From Auanema rhodensis (taxonomy: Eukaryota; Animalia; Nematoda): 64,000 bases of DNA. Positions 1 through 15,000 of this stretch are shown here, piece after piece (within the stretch, counting starts at the first letter, position 1; each line of letters begins with the position of its first letter). The stretch lies in contig CAXKVF010000079.1 in NCBI GenBank assembly GCA_964057225.1, positions 62,001 through 126,000 of the forward strand. The letters are read 5' to 3'. The position numbers were made by a program, and so were the translations under genes. Under the pieces are notes generated by a model. That model was not told the DNA's origin. It saw only the letters and a list, made by a program, of their open reading frames with translations, and made no database searches.

Positions 1-3000
1 CCCCATGTCCATATTAGTCTAAAAACAAATTTTTATTGATATTGGTTCATGGTAACCATGACTTTGAAATTTACGTGAACTTTAATTTATGCTAATTAAA
101 TGTACACGTGATGTGCACTTGGTATGTAACTCGCTTCACGTGAAAGATAAAGAGATGCGGTTTTCAAAATTAGATTCCCCATGTCCATATTAGTCTAAAA
201 ACAAATTTTCATTGATATTGGTTCATGGTAACCATGATTTTGAAATTTACGTGAACTTTAATTTAAGCTAATTAAATGTACACGTGATGTGCACTTGGTA
301 TCTAACTCGCTTCACGTGGAAGATAAAGAGATGCGGTTTTCAAAATTAAATTCCCCATGTCCATATTAGTCTAAAAACAAATTTTTATTGATATTGGTGC
401 ATGGTAACCATGACTTTGAAATTTACGTGAACTTTAATTTATGCTAATTAAATGTACACGTGATGTGCACTTGGTAAGTAACTCGCTTCACGTGAAAGAT
501 AAAGAGATGCGGTTTTCAAAATTAGATTCCCCATGTCCATATTAGTCTAAAAACAAATTTTTATTGATATTGGTGCATGGTAACCATGACTTTGAAATTT
601 ACGTGAACTTTAATTAATGCTAATTAAATGTACACGTGATGTGCACTTGGTATGTAACTTGCTTCACGTGAAAGATAAAGAGATGCGGTTTTAAAAATTA
701 GATTCCCCATGTCCATATTAGTCTAAAAACAAATTTTTATTGATATTGGTTCATGGTAACCATGACTTTGAAATTTACGTGAACTTTAATTTATGCTAAT
801 TAAATGTACACGTGATGTGCACTTGGTATGTAACTCGCTTCACGTGAAAGATAAAGAGATGCGGTTTTCAAAATTAGATTCCCCATGTCCATATTAGTCT
901 ATAAAAAAATTTTTTATTGATATTGGTGCATGGTAACCATGACTTTGAAATTTACGTGAACTTTAATTTATGCTAATTAAATGTACACGTGATGTGCACT
1001 TGGTATGTAACTCGCTTCACGTGAAAGATAAAGAGATGCGGTTTTCAAAATTAGATTCCCCATGTTCATATTAGTCTAAAAACAAATTTTTATTGATATT
1101 GGTTCATGGTAACCATGACTTTGAAATTTACGTGAACTTTAATTTATGCTAATTAAATGTACAGGTGATGTGCACTTGGTATGTAACTCGCTTCACGTGA
1201 AAGATAAAGAGATGCGGTTTTTAAAATTAGATTCCCCATGTTCATATTAGTCTAAAAACAAATTTTTATTGATATTGGTGCATGGTAACCATGACTGTGA
1301 AATTTACGTGAACTTTAATTTATGCTAATTAAATGTACACGTGATGTGCACTTGGTATGTAACTCGCTTCACGTGAAAGATAAAGAGATGCGGTTTTCAA
1401 AATTAGATTCCCCATGTCCATATTAGTCTAAAAACAAATTTTTATTGATATTGGTTCATGGTAACCATGACTTTGAAATTTACGTGAACTTTAATTTATG
1501 CTAATTAAATGTACACGTGATGTGCACTTGGTATGTAACTCGCTTCACGTGAAAGATAAAGAGATGCGGTTTTCAAAATTAGATTCCCCATGTCCATATT
1601 AGTCTAAAAACAAATTTTTATTGATATTGGTTCATGGTAACCATGACTTTGAAATTTACGTGAACTTTAATTTATGCTAATTAAATGTACACGTGATGTG
1701 CACTTGGTATGTAACTCGCTTCACGTGAAAGATAAAGAGATGCGGTTTTCAAAATTAGATTCCCCATGTCCATATTAGTCTAAAAACAAATTTTTATTGA
1801 TATTGGTTCATGGTAACCATGACTTTGAAATTTACGTGAACTTTAATTTATGCTAATTAAATGTACACGTGATGTGCACTTGGTATGTAACTCGCTTCAC
1901 GTGAAAGATAAAGAGATGCGGTTTTCAAAATTAGATTCCCCATGTCCATATTAGTCTAAAAACAAATTTTTATTGATATTGGTGCATGGTAACCATGACT
2001 TTGAAATTTACGTGAACTTTAATTTATGCTAATTAAATGTACACATGATGTGCACTTGGTATGTAACTCGCTTCACGTGAAAGATAAAGAGATGCGGTTT
2101 TTAAAATTAGATTCCCCATGTTCATATTAGTCTAAAAACAAATTTTTATTGATATTGGTTCATGGTAACCATGACTTTGAAATTTACGTGAACTTTAATT
2201 TATGCTAATTAAATGTACACGTGATGTGCACTTGGTATGTAACTCGCTTCACGTGAAAGATAAAGAGATGCGGTTTTCAAAATTAGATTCCCCATGTCCA
2301 TATTAGTCTAAAAACAAATTTTTATTGATATTGGTTCATGGTAACCATGACTTTGAAATTTACGTGAACTTTAATTTATGCTAATTAAATGTACACGTGA
2401 TGTGCACTTGGTATGTAACTCGCTTCACGTGAAAGATAAAGAGATGCGGTTTTCAAAATTGGATTCCCCATGTCCATATTAGTCTAAAAACAAATTTTTA
2501 TTGATATTGGTTCATGGTAACCATGACTTTGAAATTTACGTGAACTTTAATTTATGCTAATTAAATGTACACGTGATGTGCACTTGGTATGTAACTCGCT
2601 TCACGTGAAAGATAAAGAGATGCGGTTTTCAAAATTAGATTCCCCATGTCCATATTAGTCTAAAAACAAATTTTTATTGATATTGGTTCATGGTAACCAT
2701 GACTTTGAAATTTACGTGAACTTTAATTTATGCTAATTAAATGTACACGTGATGTGCACTTGGTATGTAACTCGCTTCACGTGAAAGATAAAGAGATGCG
2801 GTTTTCAAAATTAGATTCCCCATGTCCATATTAGTCTAAAAACAAATTTTTATTGATATTGGTTCATGGTAACCATGACTTTGAAATTTACGTGAACTTT
2901 AATTTATGCTAATTAAATGTACACGTGATGTGCACTTGGTATGTAACTCGCTTCACGTGAAAGATAAAGAGATGCGGTTTTCAAAATTAGATTCCCCATG

Positions 3001-6000
3001 TCCATATTAGTCTAAAAACAAATTTTTATTGATATTGGTTCATGGTAACCATGACTTTGAAATTTACGTGAACTTTAATTTATGCTAATTAAATGTACAC
3101 GTGATGTGCACTTGGTATGTAACTCGCTTCACGTGAAAGATAAAGAGATGCGGTTTTCAAAATTAGATTCCCCATGTCCATATTAGTCTAAAAACAAATT
3201 TTTATTGATATTGGTGCATGGTAACCATGACTTTGAAATTTACGTGAACTTTAATTTATGCTAATTAAATGTACACATGATGTGCACTTGGTATGTAACT
3301 CGCTTCACGTGAAAGATAAAGAGATGCGGTTTTTAAAATTAGATTCCCCATGTTCATATTAGTCTAAAAACAAATTTTTATTGATATTGGTTCATGGTAA
3401 CCATGACTTTGAAATTTACGTGAACTTTAATTTATGCTAATTAAATGTACACGTGATGTGCACTTGGTATGTAACTCGCTTCACGTGAAAGATAAAGAGA
3501 TGCGGTTTTCAAAATTAGATTCCCCATGTCCATATTAGTCTAAAAACAAATTTTTATTGATATTGGTTCATGGTAACCATGACTTTGAAATTTACGTGAA
3601 CTTTAATTTATGCTAATTAAATGTACACGTGATGTGCACTTGGTATGTAACTCGCTTCACGTGAAAGATAAAGAGATGCGGTTTTCAAAATTAGATTCCC
3701 CATGTCCATATTAGTCTAAAAACAAATTTTTATTGATATTGGTTCATGGTAACCATGACTTTGAAATTTACGTGAACTTTAATTTATGCTAATTAAATGT
3801 ACACGTGATGTGCACTTGGTATGTAACTCGCTTCACGTGAAAGATAAAGAGATGCGGTTTTTAAAATTAGATTCCCCATGTTCATATTAGTCTAAAAACA
3901 AATTTTTATTGATATTGGTTCATGGTAACCATGACTTTGAAATTTACGTGAACTTTAATTTATGCTAATTAAATGTACACGTGATGTGCACTTGGTATGT
4001 AACTCGCTTCACGTGAAAGATAAAGAGATGCGGTTTTCAAAATTAGATTTCCCATGTCCATATTAGTCTAAAAACAAATTTTTATTGATATTGGTTCATG
4101 GTAACCATGACTTTGAAATTTACGTGAACTTTAATTTATGCTAATTAAATGTACACGTGATGTGCACTTGGTATGTAACTCGCTTCACGTGAAAGATAAA
4201 GAGATGCGGTTTTTAAAATTAGATTCCCCATGTTCATATTAGTCTAAAAACAAATTTTTATTGATATTGGTTAATGGTAACCATGACTTTGAAATTTACG
4301 TGAACTTTAATTTATGCTAATTAAATGTACACGTGATGTGCACTTGGTATGTAACTCGCTTCACGTGAAAGATAAAGAGATGCGGTTTTCAAAATTAGAT
4401 TCCCCATGTCCATATTAGTCTAAAAACAAATTTTTATTGATATTGGTTCATGGTAACCATGACTTTGAAATTTACGTGAACTTTAATTTATGCTAATTAA
4501 ATGTACACGTGATGTGCACTTGGTATGTAACTCGCTTCACGTGAAAGATAAAGAGATGCGGTTTTCAAAATTAGATTCCCCATGTCCATATTAGTCTAAA
4601 AACAAATTTTTATTGATATTGGTTCATGGTAACCATGACTTTGAAATTTACGTGAACTTTAATTTATGCTAATTAAATGTACACGTGATGTGCACTTGGT
4701 ATGTAACTCGCTTCACGTGAAAGATAAAGAGATGCGGTTTTCAAAATTAGATTCCCCATGTCCATATTAGTCTAAAAACAAATTTTTATTGATATTGGTT
4801 CATGGTAACCATGACTTTGAAATTTACGTGAACTTTAATTTATGCTAATTAAATGTACACGTGATGTGCACTTGGTATGTAACTCGCTTCACGTGAAAGA
4901 TAAAGAGATGCGGTTTTCAAAATTAGATTCCCCATGTCCATATTAGTCTAAAAACAAATTTTTATTGATATTGGTTCATGGTAACCATGACTTTGAAATT
5001 TACGTGAACTTTAATTTATGCTAATTAAATGTACACGTGATGTGCACTTGGTATGTAACTCGCTTCACGTGAAAGATAAAGAGATGCGGTTTTTAAAATT
5101 AGATTCCCCATGTTCATATTAGTCTAAAAACAAATTTTTATTGATATTGGTTCATGGTAACCATGACTTTGAAATTTACGTGAACTTTAATTTATGCTAA
5201 TTAAATGTACACGTGATGTGCACTTGGTATGTAACTCGCTTCACGTGAAAGATAAAGAGATGCGGTTTTCAAAATTAGATTTCCCATGTCCATATTAGTC
5301 TAAAAACAAATTTTTATTGATATTGGTTCATGGTAACCATGACTTTGAAATTTACGTGAACTTTAATTTATGCTAATTAAATGTACACGTGATGTGCACT
5401 TGGTATGTAACTCGCTTCACGTGAAAGATAAAGAGATGCGGTTTTCAAAATTAGATTCCCCATGTCCATATTAGTCTAAAAACAAATTTTTATTGATATT
5501 GGTGCATGGTAACCATGACTTTGAAATTTACGTGAACTTTAATTTATGCTAATTAAATGTACACGTGATGTGCACTTGGTATGTAACTCGCTTCACGTGA
5601 AAGATAAAGAGATGCGGTTTTTAAAATTAGATTCCCCATGTTCATATTAGTCTAAAAACAAATTTTTATTGATATTGGTTCATGGTAACCATGACTTTGA
5701 AATTTACGTGAACTTTAATTTATGCTAATTAAATGTACACGTGATGTGCACTTGGTATGTAACTCGCTTCACGTGAAAGATAAAGAGATGCGGTTTTCAA
5801 AATTAGATTCCCCATGTCCATATTAGTCTAAAAACAAATTTTTATTGATATTGGTTCATGGTAACCATGACTTTGAAATTTACGTGAACTTTAATTTATG
5901 CTAATTAAATGTACACGTGATGTGCACTTGGTATGTAACTCGCTTCACGTGAAAGATAAAGAGATGCGGTTTTCAAAATTAGATTCCCCATGTCCATATT

Positions 6001-9000
6001 AGTCTAAAAACAAATTTTTATTGATATTGGTTCATGGTAACCATGACTTTGAAATTTACGTGAACTTTAATTTATGCTAATTAAATGTACACGTGATGTG
6101 CACTTGGTATGTAACTCGCTTCACGTGAAAGATAAAGAGATGCGGTTTTCAAAATTAGATTCCCCATGTCCATATTAGTCTAAAAACAAATTTTTATTGA
6201 TATTGGTTCATGGTAACCATGACTTTGAAATTTACGTGAACTTTAATTTATGCTAATTAAATGTACAGGTGATGTGCACTTGGTATGTAACTCGCTTCAC
6301 GTGAAAGATAAAGAGATGCGGTTTTCAAAATTAAATTTCCCATGTCCATATTAGTCTAAAAACAAATTTTTATTGATATTGGTGCATGGTAACCATGACT
6401 TTGAAATTTACGTGAACTTTAATTTATGCTAATTAAATGTACAGGTGATGTGCACTTGGTATGTAACTCGCTTCACGTGAAAGATAAAGAGATGCGGTTT
6501 TCAAAATTAGATTCCCCATGTCCATATTAGTCTAAAAACAAATTTTTATTGATATTGGTTCATGGTAACCATGACTTTGAAATTTACGTGAACTTTAATT
6601 TATGCTAATTAAATGTACACGTGATGTGCACTTGGTATGTAACTCGCTTCACGTGAAAGAAAAAGAGATGCGGTTTTCAAAATTAGATTCCCCATGTCCA
6701 TATTAGTCTAAAAACAAATTTTTATTGATATTGGTTCATGGTAACCATGACTTTGAAATTTACGTGAACTTTAATTTATGCTAATTAAATGTACACGTGA
6801 TGTGCACTTGGTATGTAACTCGCTTCACGTGAAAGATAAAGAGATGCGGTTTTCAAAATTAGATTCCCCATGTCCATATTAGTCTAAAAACAAATTTTTA
6901 TTGATATTGGTTCATGGTAACCATGACTTTGAAATTTACGTGAACTTTAATTTATGCTAATTAAATGTACACGTGATGTGCACTTGGTATGTAACTCGCT
7001 TCACGTGAAAGATAAAGAGATGCGGTTTTTAAAATTAGATTCCCCATGTTCATATTAGTCTAAAAACAAATTTTTATTGATATTGGTTCATGGTAACCAT
7101 GACTTTGAAATTTACGTGAACTTTAATTTATGCTAATCAAATGTACACGTGATGTGCACTTGGTATGTAACTCGCTTCACGTGAAAGATAAAGAGATGCG
7201 GTTTTCAAAATTAAATTCCCCATGTCCATATTAGTCTAAAAACAAATTTTTATTGATATTGGTTCATGGTAACCATGACTTTGAAATTTACGTGAACTTT
7301 AATTTATGCTAATTAAATGTACAGGTGATGTGCACTTGGTATGTAACTCGCTTCACGTGAAAGATAAAGAGATGCGGTTTTTAAAATTAGATTCCCCATG
7401 TCCATATTAGTCTAAAAACAAATTTTTATTGATATTGGTTCATGGTAACCATGACTTTGAAATTTACGTGAACTTTAATTTATGCTAATTAAATGTACAC
7501 GTGATGTGCACTTGGTATGTAACTCGCTTCACGTGAAAGATAAAGAGATGCGGTTTTCAAAATTAGATTCCCCATGTCCATATTAGTCTAAAAACAAATT
7601 TTTATTGATATTGGTTCATGGTAACCATGACTTTGAAATTTACGTGAACTTTAATTTATGCTAATTAAATGTACACGTGATGTGCACTTGGTATGTAACT
7701 CGCTTCACGTGAAAGAAAAAGAGATGCGGTTTTCAAAATTAGATTCCCCATGTCCATATTAGTCTAAAAACAAATTTTTATTGATATTGGTTCATGGTAA
7801 CCATGACTTTGAAATTTACGTGAACTTTAATTTATGCTAATTAAATGTACACGTGATGTGCACTTGGTATGTAACTCGCTTCACGTGAAAGATAAAGAGA
7901 TGCGGTTTTCAAAATTAGATTCCCCATGTCCATATTAGTCTAAAAACAAATTTTTATTGATATTGGTTCATGGTAACCATGACTTTGAAATTTACGTGAA
8001 CTTTAATTTATGCTAATTAAATGTACACGTGATGTGCACTTGGTATGTAACTCGCTTCACGTGAAAGATAAAGAGATGCGCTTTTCAAAATTAGATTCCC
8101 CATGTCCATATTAGTCTAAAAACAAATTTTTATTGATATTGGTTCATGGTAACCATGACTTTGAAATTTACGTGAACTTTAATTTATGCTAATCAAATGT
8201 ACACGTGATGTGCACTTGGTATGTAACTCGCTTCACGTGAAAGATAAAGAGATGCGGTTTTCAAAATTAGATTCCCCATGTCCATATTAGTCTAAAAACA
8301 AATTTTTATTGATATTGGTGCATGGTAACCATGACTTTGAAATTTACGTGAACTTTAATTTATGCTAATTAAATGTACACGTGATGTGCACTTGGTATGT
8401 AACTCGCTTCACGTGAAAGATAAAGAGATGCGGTTTTTAAAATTAGATTCCCCATGTTCATATTAGTCTAAAAACAAATTTTTATTGATATTGGTTCATG
8501 GTAACCATGACTTTGAAATTTACGTGAACTTTAATTTATGCTAATCAAATGTACACGTGATGTGCACTTGGTATGTAACTCGCTTCACGTGAAAGATAAA
8601 GAGATGCGGTTTTCAAAATTAGATTCCCCATGTCCATATTAGTCTAAAAACAAATTTTTATTGATATTGGTTCATGGTAACCATGACTTTGAAATTTACG
8701 TGAACTTTAATTTATGCTAATTAAATGTACACGTGATGTGCACTTGGTATGTAACTCGCTTCACGTGAAAGATAAAGAGATGCGGTTTTCAAAATTAGAT
8801 TCCCCATGTCCATATTAGTCTAAAAACAAATTTTTATTGATATTGGTTCATGGTAACCATGACTTTGAAATTTACGTGAACTTTAATTTATGCTAATTAA
8901 ATGTACACGTGATGTGCACTTGGTATGTAACTCGCTTCACGTGAAAGATAAAGAGATGCGGTTTTCAAAATTAAATTCCCCATGTCCATATTAGTCTAAA

Positions 9001-12000
9001 AACAAATTTTTATTGATATTGGTGCATGGTAACCATGACTTTGAAATTTACGTGAACTTTAATTTATGCTAATTAAATGTACAGGTGATGTGCACTTGGT
9101 ATGTAACTCGCTTCACGTGAAAGATAAAGAGATGCGGTTTTTAAAATTAGATTCCCCATGTCCATATTAGTCTAAAAACAAATTTTTATTGATATTGGTT
9201 CATGGTAACCATGACTTTGAAATTTACGTGAACTTTAATTTATGCTAATTAAATGTACACGTGATGTGCACTTGGTATGTAACTCGCTTCACGTGAAAGA
9301 TAAAGAGATGCGGTTTTCAAAATTAGATTCCCCATGTCCATATTAGTCTAAAAACAAATTTTTATTGATATTGGTTCATGGTAACCATGACTTTGAAATT
9401 TACGTGAACTTTAATTTATGCTAATTAAATGTACACGTGATGTGCACTTGGTATGTAACTCGCTTCACGTGAAAGATAAAGAGATGCGGTTTTCAAAATT
9501 AGATTCCCCATGTCCATATTAGTCTAAAAACAAATTTTTATTGATATTGGTTCATGGTAACCATGACTTTGAAATTTACGTGAACTTTAATTTATGCTAA
9601 TTAAATGTACACGTGATGTGCACTTGGTATGTAACTCGCTTCACGTGAAAGATAAAGAGATGCGGTTTTCAAAATTAGATTCCCCATGTTCATATTAGTC
9701 TTAAAACAAATTTTTATTGATATTGGTTCATGGTAACCATGACTTTGAAATTTACGTGAACTTTAATTTATGCTAATTAAATGTACACGTGATGTGCACT
9801 TGGTATGTAACTCGCTTCACGTGAAAGATAAAGAGATGCGGTTTTCAAAATTAAATTCCCCATGTCCATATTAGTCTAAAAACAAATTTTTATTGATATT
9901 GGTGCATGGTAACCATGACTTTGAAATTTACGTGAACTTTAATTTATGCTAATTAAATGTACACGTGATGTGCACTTGGTATGTAACTCGCTTCACGTGA
10001 AAGATAAAGAGATGCGGTTTTCAAAATTAAATTCCCCATGTCCATATTAGTCTAAAAACCAATTTTTATTGATATTGGTGCATGGTAACCATGACTTTGA
10101 AATTTACGTGAACTTTAATTTATGCTAATTAAATGTACACGTGATGTGCACTTGGTATGTAACTCGCTTCACGTGAAAGATAAAGAGATGCGGTTTTCAA
10201 AATTAAATTCCCCATGTCCATATTAGTCTAAAAACAAATTTTTATTGATATTGGTTCATGGTAACCATGACTTTGAAATTTACGTGAACTTTAATTTATG
10301 CTAATTAAATGTACAGGTGATGTGCACTTGGTATGTAACTCGCTTCACGTGAAAGATAAAGAGATGCGGTTTTTAAAATTAGATTCCCCATGTCCATATT
10401 AGTCTAAAAACAAATTTTTATTGATATTGGTTCATGGTAACCATGACTTTGAAATTTACGTGAACTTTAATTTATGCTAATTAAATGTACACGTGATGTG
10501 CACTTGGTATGTAACTCGCTTCACGTGAAAGAAAAAGAGATGCGGTTTTCAAAATTAGATTCCCCATGTCCATATTAGTCTAAAAACAAATTTTTATTGA
10601 TATTGGTTCATGGTAACCATGACTTTGAAATTTACGTGAACTTTAATTTATGCTAATTAAATGTACACGTGATGTGCACTTGGTATGTAACTCGCTTCAC
10701 GTGAAAGATAAAGAGATGCGGTTTTCAAAATTAGATTCCCCATGTCCATATTAGTCTAAAAACAAATTTTTATTGATATTGGTTCATGGTAACCATGACT
10801 TTGAAATTTACGTGAACTTTAATTTATGCTAATTAAATGTACACGTGATGTGCACTTGGTATGTAACTCGCTTCACGTGAAAGATAAAGAGATGCGGTTT
10901 TTAAAATTAGATTCCCCATGTTCATATTAGTCTAAAAACAAATTTTTATTGATATTGGTTCATGGTAACCATGACTTTGAAATTTACGTGAACTTTAATT
11001 TATGCTAATCAAATGTACACGTGATGTGCACTTGGTATGTAACTCGCTTCACGTGAAAGATAAAGAGATGCGGTTTTCAAAATTAAATTCCCCATGTCCA
11101 TATTAGTCTAAAAACAAATTTTTATTGATATTGGTTCATGGTAACCATGACTTTGAAATTTACGTGAACTTTAATTTATGCTAATTAAATGTACAGGTGA
11201 TGTGCACTTGGTATGTAACTCGCTTCACGTGAAAGATAAAGAGATGCGGTTTTTAAAATTAGATTCCCCATGTCCATATTAGTCTAAAAACAAATTTTTA
11301 TTGATATTGGTTCATGGTAACCATGACTTTGAAATTTACGTGAACTTTAATTTATGCTAATTAAATGTACACGTGATGTGCACTTGGTATGTAACTCGCT
11401 TCACGTGAAAGATAAAGAGATGCGGTTTTCAAAATTAGATTCCCCATGTCCATATTAGTCTAAAAACACATTTTTATTGATATTGGTTCATGGTAACCAT
11501 GACTTTGAAATTTACGTGAACTTTAATTTATGCTAATTAAATGTACACGTGATGTGCACTTGGTATGTAACTCGCTTCACGTGAAAGAAAAAGAGATGCG
11601 GTTTTCAAAATTAGATTCCCCATGTCCATATTAGTCTAAAAACAAATTTTTATTGATATTGGTTCATGGTAACCATGACTTTGAAATTTACGTGAACTTT
11701 AATTTATGCTAATTAAATGTACACGTGATGTGCACTTGGTATGTAACTCGCTTCACGTGAAAGATAAAGAGATGCGGTTTTCAAAATTAGATTCCCCATG
11801 TCCATATTAGTCTAAAAACAAATTTTTATTGATATTGGTTCATGGTAACCATGACTTTGAAATTTACGTGAACTTTAATTTATGCTAATTAAATGTACAC
11901 GTGATGTGCACTTGGTATGTAACTCGCTTCACGTGAAAGATAAAGAGATGCGCTTTTCAAAATTAGATTCCCCATGTCCATATTAGTCTAAAAACAAATT

Positions 12001-15000
12001 TTTATTGATATTGGTTCATGGTAACCATGACTTTGAAATTTACGTGAACTTTAATTTATGCTAATTAAATGTACAGGTGATGTGCACTTGGTATGTAACT
12101 CGCTTCACGTGAAAGATAAAGAGATGCGGTTTTCAAAATTAAATTCCCCATGTCCATATTAGTCTAAAAACAAATTTTTATTGATATTGGTGCATGGTAA
12201 CCATGACTTTGAAATTTACGTGAACTTTAATTTATGCTAATTAAATGTACAGGTGATGTGCACTTGGTATGTAACTCGCTTCACGTGAAAGATAAAGAGA
12301 TGCGGTTTTTAAAATTAGATTCCCCATGTTCATATTAGTCTAAAAACAAATTTTTATTGATATTGGTTCATGGTAACCATGACTTTGAAATTTACGTGAA
12401 CTTTAATTTATGCTAATTAAATGTACACGTGATGTGCACTTGGTATGTAACTCGCTTCACGTGAAAGATAAAGAGATGCGGTTTTCAAAATTAGATTCCC
12501 CATGTCCATATTAGTCTAAAAACAAATTTTTATTGATATTGGTTCATGGTAACCATGACTTTGAAATTTACGTGAACTTTAATTTATGCTAATCAAATGT
12601 ACACGTGATGTGCACTTGGTATGTAACTCGCTTCACGTGAAAGATAAAGAGATGCGGTTTTCAAAATTAGATTCCCCATGTCCATATTAGTCTAAAAACA
12701 AATTTTTATTGATATTGGTGCATGGTAACCATGACTTTGAAATTTACGTGAACTTTAATTTATGCTAATTAAATGTACACGTGATGTGCACTTGGTATGT
12801 AACTCGCTTCACGTGAAAGATAAAGAGATGCGGTTTTTAAAATTAGATTCCCCATGTTCATATTAGTCTAAAAACAAATTTTTATTGATATTGGTTCATG
12901 GTAACCATGACTTTGAAATTTACGTGAACTTTAATTTATGCTAATTAAATGTACACGTGATGTGCACTTGGTATGTAACTCGCTTCACGTGAAAGATAAA
13001 GAGATGCGGTTTTCAAAATTAGATTCCCCATGTCCATATTAGTCTAAAAACAAATTTTTATTGATATTGGTTCATGGTAACCATGACTTTGAAATTTACG
13101 TGAACTTTAATTTATGCTAATTAAATGTACACGTGATGTGCACTTGGTATGTAACTCGCTTCACGTGAAAGATAAAGAGATGCGGTTTTCAAAATTAGAT
13201 TCCCCATGTTCATATTAGTCTTAAAACAAATTTTTATTGATATTGGTTCATGGTAACCATGACTTTGAAATTTACGTGAACTTTAATTTATGCTAATTAA
13301 ATGTACACGTGATGTGCACTTGGTATGTAACTCGCTTCACGTGAAAGATAAAGAGATGCGGTTTTCAAAATTAAATTCCCCATGTCCATATTAGTCTAAA
13401 AACAAATTTTTATTGATATTGGTGCATGGTAACCATGACTTTGAAATTTACGTGAACTTTAATTTATGCTAATTAAATGTACACGTGATGTGCACTTGGT
13501 ATGTAACTCGCTTCACGTGAAAGATAAAGAGATGCGGTTTTCAAAATTAAATTCCCCATGTCCATATTAGTCTAAAAACCAATTTTTATTGATATTGGTG
13601 CATGGTAACCATGACTTTGAAATTTACGTGAACTTTAATTTATGCTAATTAAATGTACACGTGATGTGCACTTGGTATGTAACTCGCTTCACGTGAAAGA
13701 TAAAGAGATGCGGTTTTCAAAATTAGATTCCCCATGTCCATATGAGTCTAAAAACAAATTTTTATTGATATTGGTTCATGGTAACCATGACTTTGAAATT
13801 TACGTGAACTTTAATTTATGCTAATTAAATGTACACGTGATGTGCACTTGGTATGTAACTCGCTTCACGTGAAAGATAAAGAGATGCGGTTTTCAAAATT
13901 AGATTCCCCATGTCCATATTAGTCTAAAAACAAATTTTTATTGATATTGGTTCATGGTAACCATGACTTTGAAATTTACGTGAACTTTAATTTATGCTAA
14001 TTAAATGTACACGTGATGTGCACTTGGTATGTAACTCGCTTCACGTGAAAGATAAACAGATGCGGTTTTCAAAATTAAATTCCCCATGTCCATATTAGTC
14101 TAAAAACAAATTTTTATTGATATTGGTGCATGGTAACCATGACTTTGAAATTTACGTGAACTTTAATTTATGCTAATTAAATGTACAGGTGATGTGCACT
14201 TGGTATGTAACTCGCTTCACGTGAAAGATAAAGAGATGCGGTTTTCAAAATTAAATTCCCCATGTCCATATTAGTCTAAAAACCAATTTTTATTGATATT
14301 GGTTCATGGTAACCATGACTTTGAAATTTACGTGAACTTTAATTTATGCTAATTAAATGTACACGTGATGTGCATTTGGTATGTAACTCGCTTCACGTGA
14401 AAGATAAAGAGATGCGGTTTTCAAAATTAGATTCCCCATGTTCATATTAGTCTTAAAACAAATTTTTATTGATATTGGTTCATGGTAACCATGACTTTGA
14501 AATTTACGTGAACTTTAATTTATGCTAATTAAATGTACAGGTGATGTGCACTTGGTATGTAACTCGCTTCACGTGAAAGATAAAGAGATGCGGTTTTCAA
14601 AATTAAATTCCCCATGTCCATATTAGTCTAAAAACAAATTTTTATTGATATTGGTGCATGGTAACCATGACTTTGAAATTTACGTGAACTTTAATTTATG
14701 CTAATTAAATGTACAGGTGATGTGCACTTGGTATGTAACTCGCTTCACGTGAAAGATAAAGAGATGCGGTTTTCAAAATTAGATTCCCCATGTCCATATT
14801 AGTCTAAAAACAGATTTTTATTGATATTGGTTCATGGTAACCATGACTTTGAAATTTACGTGAACTTTAATTTATGCTAATTAAATGTACACGTGATGTG
14901 CACTTGGTATGTAACTCGCTTCACGTGAAAGATAAAGAGATGCGGTTTTCAAAATTAGATTCCCCATGTCCATATTAGTCTAAAAACAAATTTTTATTGA

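Noticed and set aside
1-176. Identification as a known satellite (primate alpha 171 bp, Arabidopsis CEN178) or CENP-B box
   Set aside because: Only the length is similar; I do not recognise the sequence and see no TTCG....A..CGGG box. The species cannot be assigned without a database search.
13642-13824. 60-aa ORF in satellite (identical ORF at 20137-20319)
   Set aside because: It arises only because a T>G variant (TAG>GAG) removes the stop in one satellite frame. The two copies reflect the 9-monomer duplication; there is no evidence of coding function.
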